A program made the translations under genes and the position numbers. A stretch of 63,865 bases of DNA, the filler included, from Octopus bimaculoides (lineage: Eukaryota), in NCBI RefSeq assembly GCF_001194135.2. It is 6 parts of 5 records of this genome, joined end to end, with 100 filler letters (N's around TTAATTAATTAA, not from the genome) between each part and the next. Parts side by side here need not be neighbours in the genome. Positions count along the whole stretch, not along the records: positions 5,216 to 20,186 come from NC_068990.1; positions 20,287 to 29,211 come from NC_068982.1; 4 more parts are not named here. The stretch is one strand, 5' to 3'. Positions within the stretch are counted from its first letter, which is position 1, and the number at the start of each line of letters is the position of its first letter. The notes beneath the pieces are model-generated. The model worked only from the letters and a program-made list of their open reading frames with translations, ran no database searches and had not been told where the DNA came from. This document shows, in pieces, positions 13,628 through 27,276 of the stretch.

Positions 13628-13680
<53 letters not shown>

Positions 13681-15389
13681 TATACCTATATACATAGAAA
13701 TACTTATAAAGCGTCTATGCTTGTGTGTGTTTGTTTGCGTGTTTAAACATTACAGCCGTGCGACAAAGAAATAAATATGGATGCGAGCATCAATGTATCT
13801 TGAATTTTTTATGATTGCATGTATGTTTGCCCCTTATTCTTTTAATTCTTTATCTAAAGCAGCATTTGGTTTCTAAGCAGGAAGCAAACTCCACTTTGAA
13901 AATCCAGGAAAATCTTTTATATTTGCACTTTTCCACTTACAAAATGAATTTTCAGAATACGTGCTAAGGGGCTCTTTTCTTTCCTTGTTTCGGCCTTTTC
14001 AAACGATTACATTTATATACTTAGCAACATAATCAAGAGGGCCACTCATTATGGACATACATCTGAATTTTTATATTCGGTACAAAAGTCGTAGATTTGA
14101 AAGTAGCTAACCAAAATGGTCTTAACCCTGAATGTTTAATGTAATGCTTACTTCATTTAAGTATCTTATCTTTATGACGATATATGCTTTGTTGGATGTA
14201 GAATTGGTTTTTTTTCTCTCCTACGGTCTTTATTGAGTTAGGTTCGCTCAAAAGTTCTGGAATCGCTTACATTTTGTTCTTTTCACTTTTGATCACCTGG
14301 CCGAATTGTTTGTGCTTGCAGTTTTTATTATCAATTACTACATGAATTTTTTATACTACATGAATTTTATACTACATGATTTTTTTATATGACACTCAAC
14401 GAATATAAGGACTGATCTTAAGCTTCTTTTCTTGTTTATTTTCTTGGGATATAATCTGCTAATAATTCTATTCCTACGGTCGCTTGCCGAAGATACCAGG
14501 ATCTTCTATGTTTTAATTTCTACTCAGGAAATTTTCTTTCTCGTGAAGTTAAGAATTCAAAATTTTAATATCAATATACATACAACAAATTCTCTACCGG
14601 AAAATGTGTTGTGAAAGGAAAACACCGACTTGCACAGGTTTGAACTCCGTTATGATCTTCTCGGGTCATTACAATTGTCTGATGCATTTTGTAAACACTT
14701 GAGAATTTGCAGCATTCATTGTGTGAAACAGGGTAAATACAGATACCACTGGTGTTAATATCCCCCCCCCCCACGTTCATCTACAAATAGATAGCGAATC
14801 CATTAGCCAAGTACCAATCATGTGGTTAACCACACTTATTGTACCTAATGACTAGATAAATGTCCATGGGATCAATATATCAGTTTCTAGAACGCTTACA
14901 ATCAAATATAGCCTGTATTGAAATAGATTAGATGGATTAGACATCATTGAGAGAATGCTTTCCTGAAGGACAATATAGACTTTGATGCAGACAAATGTAA
15001 CAGATAAATAATAATGTACATTCAGTTTACGAACACTTCAACTCTAATTCTATAGTACTCTTCACTTAACATTATAGTTACCTGGTACTTCTACAATGGT
15101 AAACTATTCTACCAATATTACAATGAGGAAAGACTAAACTGAATACGGTTGAATTTCGACTAAGTGCTTAAAAAAAAACACTTAACTGAATGTAGGAAAA
15201 ACATTTTCTCTAACATGCTATTTCTCTTCGATGCTATTATCTTTATTCAAATTTTCGAAAACAAGAACATGGCTCATATAATACAGGTAAAATTCAGTCT
15301 CAAAATATTCCCAGCGGTTACATTTAATTCTGCGTGTGCGCGCGCCCACTCACACACACATACACACATACACACACATACACACACAA

Positions 15390-15441
<52 letters not shown>

Positions 15442-15443
15442 CA

Positions 15444-16103
15444 GAGTTTGTTGTCTAAAATGTACCTGAATTTGTAAAACTTGTAATTGTTTTTAAATAA
15501 ATTTATTTAAACACATACCAAACTGTTTTAACAAATTTTTGTTTGCCAATCTTATAAACGTATATAAAACAATGGAATCTTAACAATTTAAAATTGCATA
15601 GTAGATAACATGTTTCAATGATTAAATATTCACAAAATTCAGTGTCAGGTGTAGAGAATATCAAAAATGAACGCTGAAGAGCATAAAAAATGTGGATTAC
15701 TAAAATTTCGGTCATACTGAGTTATTATAGAATACGTTTTCGCGAAAACCCCTGTACGCGACAGAAAAAAAATTACTCTTTCTTTTTCTTATTTCTTTCT
15801 CTCGTCCACGTATCCTATAATAACTCAGTATGACAAAACATTTAGTAATCCACATTTTTTATGTTCTTCTCGGATCATTTTTGGTATTCTCTACACTTGT
15901 CACTGAATTTTGTGAACGTTTAATCATTTAAATGTTTTCTACTCCGCAAATGTAAATTGCTAAAATCTCATTGTTTTATATACGTTTATACCATTGATAA
16001 ACAAAAAAATTGTTGAAACTAGTTTGGTGTGTATGTTAATAAATTTATTTTAAAACAATTACAAGTTTCTCGAATTCAGGTACATTTTCAAAAACAAATC
16101 CTC
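15444..16103. mobile_element. Long-TIR foldback element (about 295-bp arms, about 70-bp spacer)
   Basis: aaaatgtacctgaat...catactgagttattatag on the left is mirrored by ctataataactcagtatg...attcaggtacatttt on the right. Confidence 0.9.
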
Positions 16104-16490
16104 CAGGAGTGACTGTGTGGTAAGTAGCTTGCTTAATAACCACATGCTACCGGGTTCAGTCCCACTGTGTGGCACCTTGGGCAGGTGTCTTCTACTATAG
16201 CCTCGGGCCGACCAAAGCCTTGTCAGTGGATTTGGTAGACGGAAACTGAAAGAAGCCCGTCGTGTATGTGTGTGTGTGTGTTTATGTGTCTGTGTTTGTC
16301 ACCCCACTTCACTTGACAACCAATGTTGGTGTGTTTACGTCTCCGTAACTTAGCGGTTCGGCAAAGGTACCGATAGAATAAGTACTAGACTTACAAAGAA
16401 TAAGTCCTGGTAGTGATTTGTTCGATTAAAGGCGGTGCTCCAGGATGGCGGCAGTCGATTGACTGAAACAAATAAGAGAGTAAAAGAGTA
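16104..16490 (+). mobile_element. SINE family A, full length
   Basis: Head, CORE-like box, internal (TG)n and 3' end gactgaaacaaataagag are all present. Confidence 0.9.
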
Positions 16491-16524
16491 TAACTTTTCC
16501 TGCGTGGAAATACACCCTTTCTTT

Positions 16525-16568
<44 letters not shown>

Positions 16569-16654
16569 NNNNNNNNNNNNNNNNNNNNNNNNNNNNNNNN
16601 NNNNNNNNNNNNNNNNNNNNNNNNNNNNNNNNNNNNNNNNNNNNNNNNNNNNNN

Positions 16655-16696
<42 letters not shown>

Positions 16697-16701
16697 TAAC
16701 T

Positions 16702-16946
16702 ACATAAATAATATTGTTATAAACAAACCCGAAAGGCTTTGCGAGTTACGGAGAGAAAGCTACTATAGAAGGTTCATTTCAGTCATTTGTTTACATTCAA
16801 AAAATTGTCGCTTCAAATCGGAGATTAAATATCATTATGATATATATTTTATATACACAGTTATTATACTATGAGCCTTTCATAGTAGCTTTCTCTCCGT
16901 AACTCGCAAAGCCTCTCGGGTTCGTTTATAAAAATATTATTTATGT
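16702..16946. repeat. 76-bp inverted repeat pair (16702-16777 and 16871-16946) around a 93-bp spacer
   Basis: ataaacaaacccgaaaggctttgcgagttacggagagaaagctactat versus atagtagctttctctccgtaactcgcaaagcctctcgggttcgtttat. Confidence 0.9.
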
Positions 16947-17309
16947 CGTATCCAGACAGTTTAAGTACATATTAACTAAATTTGACTGAAATTCATAGGT
17001 GAGCGTTTGGCCAATCAGATTTGCAAGCAGCCATGGAAGCATAGATTTGTAAGTCCTATTCAGCCTAAAGTTAACTCATCATTTTTCAATTTCAATCATT
17101 TGTTTATATTTGAAAAATTGTCGCTTCAAATCGGAGATTATATGTCATTATAATATATATTATATACAGTTATTATATATGTGTGGTGTGGGGTGCACAA
17201 AATAGAGTTTCGCGACAATTTGAAGTATGTATTATGAAGCACATATGTATCAAATTTAAGCATTTATTACTTGAATATAAATCACTGCTGATTTCGTTTG
17301 TATTTTTAA

Positions 17310-17470
17310 GCATGATGAGAATTCAGTCGCTCGGTCAACTGAATTTGCTGTTTCGGAATTAGCGTGGAAATGGCTGAGTATTCCGAAGATATAGGTATGC
17401 GCTCAACTTAGGTATCAGGCAGAATCAGAGCGACTCAGAGTGCAACAAATCTGTACCTTTCAAATTTCAA
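17310..17470 (-). mobile_element. SINE family C 3' tail, old copy
   Basis: Degenerate reverse complement of 11530-11700. Confidence 0.55.
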
Positions 17471-17653
17471 CTTCAATTTATTCACCGGGACTCTACACTT
17501 CCCCTCTTCGCAATTTCCTTCACAAGGATGTGTAAACACGAGGTCTTAGAAAATGTCAATAGCCTAAGATACTACCTGGTGGAATAGAACCTTGGGCCTC
17601 TTGGTCCAAGTTCTTAACCATTTGGTCATCCTGCCCATACACACACAGATATA

Positions 17654-17695
<42 letters not shown>

Positions 17696-17929
17696 CATAC
17701 ATACACACACAGACAAATATATATATATAGGCATACGTGAATGTGTAGGGAGAAGACATTCATGTGCATATGCATATGTGTATGTGCGTATGTTTGTGTT
17801 TGTATGAACTGGATATCAAATGCTAGTTAGATAAATAGAGACAACTGATTGACCTATAGTAATGAGATATTCACTTCATATATGATTAGCTCTATTGATT
17901 GCAGTAAGTTGGAGATATTATATCTGATG

Positions 17930-17983
<54 letters not shown>

Positions 17984-18508
17984 ATACATAAGCTCCATCA
18001 TGACAATCATTGACAATGAAATATTATATTTGATGTCAGAACCACTACTACCATCTCCATTATGGCCGCTAACCCCCCCCCCTCTCGCCGTCACCATCAC
18101 CACTACCATAATCATCACTAGTGCCAGCAATATTTTCACAATGATATTAGCGAACATATTCAAGTGAAAATACCAAATTTCGTTCTCTCACTACGCACAT
18201 GCTGTGTATACCTAAGTATACACATACACACGCAAATACACACACGCACTCACATCTGTATATGAGTGTATACGTATACTTATCTATATATAGATTCATC
18301 GTAAAGAAAACTCTTTGTGACTTTTATATATATACATATATATGCATATACACATATATCCATATATTTACATATCTATATACATATATTTACACATATA
18401 TACATGTATTTAAACACACACATATATGCATATACATGCAAATATACATTTGTATGTATCTATATTACAATATATGCGTATGTGTGTGTAGCATGCCGAA
18501 AAAAGATT

Positions 18509-18547
<39 letters not shown>

Positions 18548-19204
18548 NNNNNNNNNNNNNNNNNNNNNNNNNNNNNNNNNNNNNNNNNNNNNNNNNNNNN
18601 NNNNNNNNNNNNNNNNNNNNNNNNNNNNNNNNNNNNNNNNNNNNNNNNNNNNNNNNNNNNNNNNNNNNNNNNNNNNNNNNNNNNNNNNNNNNNNNNNNNN
18701 NNNNNNNNNNNNNNNNNNNNNNNNNNNNNNNNNNNNNNNNNNNNNNNNNNNNNNNNNNNNNNNNNNNNNNNNNNNNNNNNNNNNNNNNNNNNNNNNNNNN
18801 NNNNNNNNNNNNNNNNNNNNNNNNNNNNNNNNNNNNNNNNNNNNNNNNNNNNNNNNNNNNNNNNNNNNNNNNNNNNNNNNNNNNNNNNNNNNNNNNGAGG
18901 GGGCGGTCTAAAATACACGGAGATTAAAGAAAGTTAATTTAACACAAGTTTATCATGATATTTGAAATATATTTTCCCCACACACTCAGTTACTTTAAAT
19001 GCACAACTAAAATTTCAGTTATTTTTCCCCTTCAGACATAGCATGAATTTGCTCGTAACATTGTATTGAAGTTACACTCCTATACGAATTTTTTTTTTTT
19101 AAGTTTGATGGCTGAAATAATATAGCAGTGTTACTGTATGATTCACTCGCCACGCCATTGGCGGGTGGGGGAGTTACTTTTTTTTTTTTAATCTTGTATC
19201 TTTT

Positions 19205-19575
19205 ATCTTTTACTTATTTCAGTCATTAGACTGCGGCCATGCTGGGGCACCGTTTTGAAGAGTATGTTTTCATATATATATTTTTTTTTGTCGAACGAGA
19301 ATAGAGGCCAGTATATTTTATTGTGTTCTTAAGCCGAACCGAGAACTTACTGGGACGAAAACAAACCAACACTGGTTGCCAAGCGATGGTGGGGGACATA
19401 GCCACACAGACACAAACACACACATATGAATATATGTATATACGATGAACTTCTTTCAGTCCAAATCCACTCACAAGGCTTTGATCGGCCCAAGGCTATA
19501 GTAAGAAGACACTTACCCGAAGTGCTCCGCAGTGAGCCTGAACTCGGAACCATGTGGTTGTGGAGCAAACTTCTT
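19205..19575 (-). mobile_element. SINE family A
   Basis: Reverse-complement match to 16104-16490. Confidence 0.85.
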
Positions 19576-20153
19576 GTCAATTTAATTCTTGTATGTTTTT
19601 TTAGTAGATTGCAAACGTTTGATGTTTCTTTTATTTATCACCAATTAATATCACACTGCAGCTCCTTTGTTTTATTTTTATTTTTCACCTAGAGGATAAA
19701 ATTAATTAACTTTTAATTAAAAACTGAAATACAAGCAAGCCTCACCTTACGTCCGTAAATGTTTCCAAGATAAGCGAATTAACTCGGAAAACGACGTTGA
19801 AGACAAATGGTCTTTATTTCTCATTCTTCTTTCTTATTCTAAGACACTTTAGATCCTTCCTTTCCTTGGGTATTGTTTTTCGTCTGTACCTTGTCGAAAG
19901 ATTGCTGTTTCTAGATGCGTGTGTATGTGTAGGTGTGTGTCTGTGTGTTTTTGTGTGTGTGTATTCATGCAATTGAGTTTTTGTATTTGTATATGTATAT
20001 GTATGTGTACATGTGTGTATGAGTGTATGCACATATTTTACATATATCTTTTGTTATTGCATTTATTGTCTCTATCTGTAATATTCCGTCCCATTTATCT
20101 CTCTCTTTCTCTCGCTATATGTGTATATATATATAAATATGTGCGTGTGTGTA

Positions 20154-20186
<33 letters not shown>

Positions 20187-20286
20187 NNNNNNNNNNNNNN
20201 NNNNNNNNNNNNNNNNNNNNNNNNNNNNNNTTAATTAATTAANNNNNNNNNNNNNNNNNNNNNNNNNNNNNNNNNNNNNNNNNNNN

Positions 20287-20464
20287 CAAACACATAATTT
20301 TCTTATGGTTTTGTTAAACATTCACTTGAACAAAACTGTACAAATCCAAATATATGGTACTCTAGGCATAACACCTACATGAACTTCTAACTTGTTGTCT
20401 CTTGAGGTCTCTGGGTGAGACTTGGATCCAACTTGTACAAATGCAAAACAAAAGTCAAACATAA

Positions 20465-20535
<71 letters not shown>
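20287..20535 (+). mobile_element. Probable LINE 3' UTR ending in an (AAT)n tail
   Basis: Non-repetitive sequence ends aaaagtcaaacataa followed by about 23 AAT units and abuts an R4/Dong endonuclease fragment; the family link is inferred. Confidence 0.5.
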
Positions 20536-20536
<1 letters not shown>

Positions 20537-20830
20537 CGATTCTTTGGGACTTTGCAGTGTGTACAAAACGGACCACCAAAGCTAATAAACCAGATATTGT
20601 TGTGAAAGATCAAAACAATAAAGACTGTTAATGAATTGACTGGAGTATATTCTGTGACCATAATATCTCGACAAAAGAATTTGATAAGCTCAGAAAATAT
20701 AAAGACTTGGTAACCGAAATCGAAAACATGTAGCATCTCAAGACGGTTACCATACCTGTGATTGTAGGAGCACTTGGAATGATTAAAAAAGGGACTGAAA
20801 ATTATGTAAGGATGCTCCCTGTCTTACCAT
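20536..20830 (+). mobile_element. R4/Dong-clade LINE restriction-like endonuclease fragment (pseudogenised)
   Basis: ILWDFAVCTKRTTKANKPDIVVKDQNNKDC**IDWSIFCDHNISTKEFDKLRKYKDLVTEIENM*HLKTVTIPVIVGALGMIKKG carries the PD..D..K..KY and PVIVGALG signatures. Confidence 0.9.
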
Positions 20831-21057
20831 TTACCCCTTTTATTTTCATTGTTTAGTCTTTTATTTGATATTTTTTCCTTTTACTCTCCGTCGTTCTCCC
20901 ACTTTCTCTCTATAACATGATTTTGTAAATGAACAATCTGGTGTGTTTATTTTAATGGCCTACCAATGCGTGTCTCTGCCCTAGGTGTCAGGAAGACACT
21001 CGACAAGAAATGGAAACAGAATTGAAAGAATATGATAATGAAAATAATAACAGCAAC

Positions 21058-21117
<60 letters not shown>

Positions 21118-21457
21118 TGTTGTAATATCGATCCCTCTTATTGTTATTGATGTTGCTGACGATGGTGGTTGGCAGAGGAAACGGAGGCAGTGTCGTCTTT
21201 ATAGTGGGCCGTGATTATGATGAAAATGATGATTAGCTAACGATTATTATTGTTGATAATGTTGTTCTCACTTCTGTTCAGAAGCATTTATTCCTATCTG
21301 ATATTTTTCTTTTGTATATTCCTGCGTGTTTTCTATATTACACATTTCCATTCTATTATTGTGGATTGTACCGGCAATGCTATAACGCTTCTCTGCTATA
21401 ACATGTAAAGAGATATGTTCTAATCTGTATGTGTCTCATATATGTCTGAATATATAT

Positions 21458-21576
<119 letters not shown>

Positions 21577-21749
21577 TACACAAATATACATACACTAATA
21601 CAAATATATATGTTTGTACGTGTATGTGTGTGCATGTATGTATATGTGTGTCTAATGCCATGTTAAGATGTTTTTGTTCCTGTATAAATATATGAGAAAT
21701 ATGTGAGTACATATGTGTATGTACACACGTATGTCTGTGTATGTGTGTG

Positions 21750-21796
<47 letters not shown>

Positions 21797-22151
21797 AAAA
21801 TCTTATCATTTCTGTCGTGCTAGCTTACACATGTGTATATACATATGTGATTACAGAGGCGGGTGTGTGTATCAAGTAACCAATTATCTTCAAACGTGCA
21901 TACACGATATATATATATNNNNNNNNNNNNNNNNNNNNNNNNNNNNNNNNNNNNNNNNNNNNNNNNNNNNNNNNNNNNNNNNNNNNNNNNNNNNNNNNNN
22001 NNNNNNNNNNNNNNNNNNNNNNNNNNNNNNNNNNNNNNNNNNNNNNNNNNNNNNNNNNNNNNNNNNNNNNNNNNNNNNNNNNNNNNNNNNNNNNNNNNNN
22101 NNNNNNNNNNNNNNNNNNNNNNNNNNNNNNNNNNNNNNNNNNNNNNNNNNN

Positions 22152-22221
<70 letters not shown>

Positions 22222-22799
22222 GCCTTTCTTTATGTTTACAATGTGTATAAGTATATCGCATAACCAATTAACACTCTTCTGAAAGATCTGTTTCATAATT
22301 TAGCAGAAACGTACAAACAACATTAACAGCAATGGTAACACCAACCACAGCTGCAGTAATAACGATTATCAAACATGAAATACAAAGGAAACATATTGAG
22401 GGATTCAAAGAGACGCACACAATTATTCGCTTTTACATGCACAAACACCCACATACACACATATAAATAATTATCTCTCTATTCTATTGAATTGTCTGGA
22501 CAATCTATTATAGAACCATGTGTATTGCTATGTTATTACGAATGCCAACGGAACTGTTACAACTGCGTTTGTCTCTACTTATTTTGACTGGCAAATTGAT
22601 ATCGTATCAAAACAACACGTTACTCATTCTGTTTTCGTGATATTTTTTTTCGCCTAGTTTTATCTGCACAAAACAAATTCAACGAAAATAGCGAAAAGCA
22701 GAATAACAGCTAAGATGGTTTTATTCAATTTCTGTAGTATGGGAAAATATATTTTCAACTGATCGATAAAGTAATTTAGTTGTAACCAGCTGGATCATC

Positions 22800-24080
22800 C
22801 ACAATAAAATAATATACATATAATATGAGCTTCAATTTCGACGTCAAGAAAGCAGAAAAAAGGAGAGATGTTAATAATTACAGAAATGAACACAGCATTA
22901 TACAAAATTTGATAACAATTTACAGACCAACACGTGAACATGAACACTAATTGCCTGTCTATCACCCCTACCTCAAGCGACGAATGCCTTAGATATCTCA
23001 GAATTGACGAATATATCGCATAATTTGGTGATGTAAGCAAAGCTAGAGTGATCAAAATGTACTTTAGCATATTACATATTACAGAGTTATCCGCATCCAA
23101 CAATACCATATTCCACAAACTCCCATGGTGCCAGTGCTACTTCCAACATTTGGCACACTAAACTGAACAGAAATATGTAACCTAGGCATCAGAACTAGTA
23201 AGATATTAACAATATTAACAAGCACCGTTCTATAGAGATTCTGTCCGAATCGACAGGTTCTATATAAAATGGAGAGCAAAGAGAAAAGTAAGTACATCAG
23301 ATGTTTACTTAAGCACAAACCTCATAACATTATGAGACTATACAAAGAAATCGTGAATAGATACGTAGAGTGTACAGATATTCCATGCGAACCTAAGGTT
23401 TCTGTACGAACCCATCTAAACAGGTACATGGAGAATAATCACACCAACTGGATCGGATGCATGAGTATATATATCCAAAAAGCTAAATAACACCGACATT
23501 GAGAAGAGTAGTAATATCTTATGAATCTGTGATAAATGCATTATATCTCACCTAGAAGGATGTCGTATCATCATTGAATGCCTTAAAACATCTGCAAGTT
23601 TTACTTCATGGGACATAATAAAGATAGTTTACAATGTTATTCAGACAACTGTCTGCGCTGGCGGCTACACTAAAGACATAGTACACCAGCACTGGAATGC
23701 ACTTATACATAAAAACAAAAAACAAAATTGGTGAAACAAACCGATGAGAACGGCAACCCGTCCTATGGGGGACAGAGCAAATGACATGCTCAGTATTAAA
23801 GACTAGATACCAAGCTGATGTGAATGTTGCATCAAGAACTGTTGAAGAAGCGAAGATTTACGGAGAGCTAATAAGAAGCGTGAAGGTCTTGTATCCAGAC
23901 TACAGATCTTCATTCGTACCGATTGTCATAGGAGCGGTGAGGTACATAATGGCTGATTAGCATAAAATCCTAGAAGAAATCTTCTTCTAAAAAGACTAAA
24001 CCAAACTAATCTGTGTTTTTGAAGTATAACCGATTAGTGGTACAATTAAAATTTGGAAATCGTTCAAGAAATTCTCCATG
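22800..24080 (+). mobile_element. Degraded RLE-type non-LTR retrotransposon (RT C-terminus, zinc knuckle, endonuclease)
   Basis: CLRYLRIDE (a YKYLGIDE equivalent), VPVLLPTFGTLN, IIIECLKTSASF, and ADVNVASRTVEEAKIYGELIRSVKVLYPDYRSSFVPIVIGA...SGTIKIWKSF, with many stops and frameshifts. Confidence 0.75.
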
Positions 24081-24168
24081 TGTGTTCCCCAGCTTAAACA
24101 TATGAAAATCATGCAAATGCTCCCGAATTTCTTGGACCAGACATATTCACACATCCACACACACAGAC

Positions 24169-24216
<48 letters not shown>

Positions 24217-24803
24217 AATGGAATGCACAAACATATATATAGAAGATTGAAGTATGAACACTTGAATACTGAAGTGTAAAAAAAAGGTCTGAAGTAGAGA
24301 CCTGTATATTAACCTGAAACGCATATCCAATGCAAGAGTACAAGTTATTCATGAACACAAACATGCACATATGTACCACTAACCACTTCAGACAACTACT
24401 AACCCCCAACAGCTATCTTAACTGAAGCAAAAGAGTCTTCGTTAGTGGCCAGCTTGAATTTTCCAAAGAGAAAAACTTGAATAAATCCTAAAAATAACAC
24501 ATACATACATACACACACTTATATATGTATATAAGTGTGTATATACGTGTGTATATGTGTGTGTGAGTACGTGCAACGGTGTTTGCACCAAAATATATGT
24601 GTGTTTGCATGTAATTGCGAATGAATCTGTAGAAATACCGACAAAATATATACCTTGTTGAGTGTACGCGCAAGCAAGTTTGAAGTCTTACAGGATGGTA
24701 CGTATATATATATATNNNNNNNNNNNNNNNNNNNNNNNNNNNNNNNNNNNNNNNNNNNNNNNNNNNNNNNNNNNNNNNNNNNNNNNNNNNNNNNNNNNNN
24801 NNN

Positions 24804-24975
24804 AACAACAGACGAGTACAGGTGGTGTAAATAACAAAAGTATATATTAGTATGACGCTCGGGAATACGGAAAGTCTTTGACGTTTCGAGCTACGCTCTT
24901 CAACAGAAAGAATACGGAGACAAGGAGAAAAACACGGAGAAAAAAAATTGAATAGTGTTCAGTCAACGGTCAATC
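24804..24975 (-). mobile_element. Penelope-like terminal-repeat fragment
   Basis: Homologous to 5216-5380 and 49843-49925. Confidence 0.6.
24875..24911 (-). ncRNA. Minimal type I hammerhead-ribozyme-like motif with a variant core (CUGUUGA)
   Basis: TCTTT-CTGTTGA-A-GAGC-GTA-GCTC-GAAA-CG-TC-AAAGA gives a 5-bp stem I, 4-bp stem II, palindromic stem III and a GUC triplet; activity is unknown. Confidence 0.55.
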
Positions 24976-24978
24976 ATA

Positions 24979-25026
<48 letters not shown>

Positions 25027-27219
25027 CTGAGTACCATGCATATGAAACGTGTGAAAATCGTAATTTCAATTTCAATTTATTATGGATGCATGAATTTAGC
25101 TGACAGCTGTACATGCTTTAAATAAAAGCTTATATGGATAGTAAGATAGGATAGTTCGTCAGCAAAATGTTCTGTACGTGGAAGTAGTTGACTTCGAATG
25201 GCTGCCTGTAGCTGCAGAAGATTCAATGCATAATTGAAGTAACATCATCGCAGAGCTAGTCGCTTTTTCCATGCTGTTATCTGAGGTGGTGAAAAAGAAA
25301 ACAAGTAACTATGACGTTTAGGAAAATCATCCATCACAATAGTTATTAGTACATTATGCCTGGTGTAATGTCTCTGCTATTATGAACAGCAAAAAACAGG
25401 TAAAACTATAAATTATTTTTTAATACAATATCAGTCTAAATAACTGGCCCTTGTAGATTCATAAAGGCGAACATAATAAGTGTAGAATTTAATTATTTGA
25501 GCTAAACGGATGACGCAAATCTTCACTGGCGCCAGTTGGGAAGCATGCACAATTACACATTCGCGCTTACAACGCTGACACGGCAACAGCTTTTCTTTCA
25601 GAGAAGTTTTGAAAAATCAACTGTTCTAGTTTTAATTATCCTTATCGTTTGTTTTTTTACTTTTTGCTTTTCATTTCGAGTTTCTTGCAGTTTGTTTCGA
25701 ACGTATAAGATCGAGAAGTATTGATGAATGCTGGTTTCTTGATTTTCGTAATTCCATCTGGGTTAAGGTATTCAGGAAGTGTTACAGTGTCTTTATAGCA
25801 GGTAGGTCACATGTTATTAATGTAGACGTTCCATCTGCAATTTGTATTTTTAAAAATTAGATTTAGAATACACGATCAATGAGAACACCTCATGAATCAG
25901 AACACAAACAGCACTACATCGAGCCACAAACCAACACTAATTTAATTTATAAATATATAAGTTGAAACCTCTACATCAATAACACACTGTAATCATGTAT
26001 AACTACAAATCCACTACTAACACCAAATACGATTTAATAATTTGTTTGAGTACATGAAAGTGTGAATTCCATGCCTCCAGATGATATATTAGCTATAAAT
26101 GTGCGATACTCTCCCCTTCGGGGAATCAAGTACTTACAAAATGAAGCAGTAACAATGTTCGAAACGATTCAAAACTGGACAGGAAGACATTAGTGAACGT
26201 GTGTACTCTACAAAATTTCAAACAAAAATAGCAGATTATATAATCATGAAAGAAAATCCGATAGCACAATGCAATTCCGAACCGAAACCAATAAATTACA
26301 CTGAATTTATGTGAAAATTAAATATAAAGAAAAACGCCAAGTTAACTTATAAATCTAATGACCTGAAATTCGAAACTCAAGTTTACTCTGTTTCTATTAT
26401 TAGAGAATTTAAACAAAAATTAGCAGCTAAACGATTGCTATGTATGACCTAGTACTCGATGAAGAGAATTAAATTTCGTTGTAAGAAGTTTTCAGTAGTT
26501 TTAAGAGTTAATAATGGATGGTGTGCGTACTTTTGTATGTTTAACACATAACATAGAACTTAATAATATTTCTGACTATGAGTATGGAGTGGCACGCCCA
26601 GTGACACAAATACCGCAATCAAACAACAGAAAAATGGCTGTATAAAATGTACTTCTATATATTTATATGTAATCATACGTATAGTTCACTGTAAATATAT
26701 ATATGTATGAGTGTGTATGTATATATATATATATATATATATATNNNNNNNNNNNNNNNNNNNNNNNNNNNNNNNNNNNNNNNNNNNNNNNNNNNNNNNN
26801 NNNNNNNNNNNNNNNNNNNNNNNNNNNNNNNNNNNNNNNNNNNNNNNNNNNNNNNNNNNNNNNNNNNNNNNNNNNNNNNNNNNNNNNNNNNNNNNNNNNN
26901 NNNNNNNNNNNNNNNNNNNNNNNNNNNNNNNNNNNNNNNNNNNNNNNNNNNNNNNNNNNNNNNNNNNNNNNNNNNNNNNNNNNNNNNNNNNNNNNNNNNN
27001 NNNNNNNNNNNNNNNNNNNNNNNNNNNNNNNNNNNNNNNNNNNNNNNNNNNNNNNNNNNNNNNNNNNNNNNNNNNNNNNNNNNNNNNNNNNNNNNNNNNN
27101 NNNNNNNNNNNNNNNNNNNNNNNNNNNNNNNNNNNNNNNNNNNNNNNNNNNNNNNNNNNNNNNNNNNNNNNNNNNNNNNNNNNNNNNNNNNNNNNNNNNN
27201 NNNNNNNNNNNNNNNNNNN

Positions 27220-27276
<57 letters not shown>

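Noticed and set aside
14335-14395. Three copies of a roughly 19-bp unit (tactacatgaatttt(tt)ta)
   Set aside because: Simple slippage minisatellite with no spacers; not CRISPR-like.
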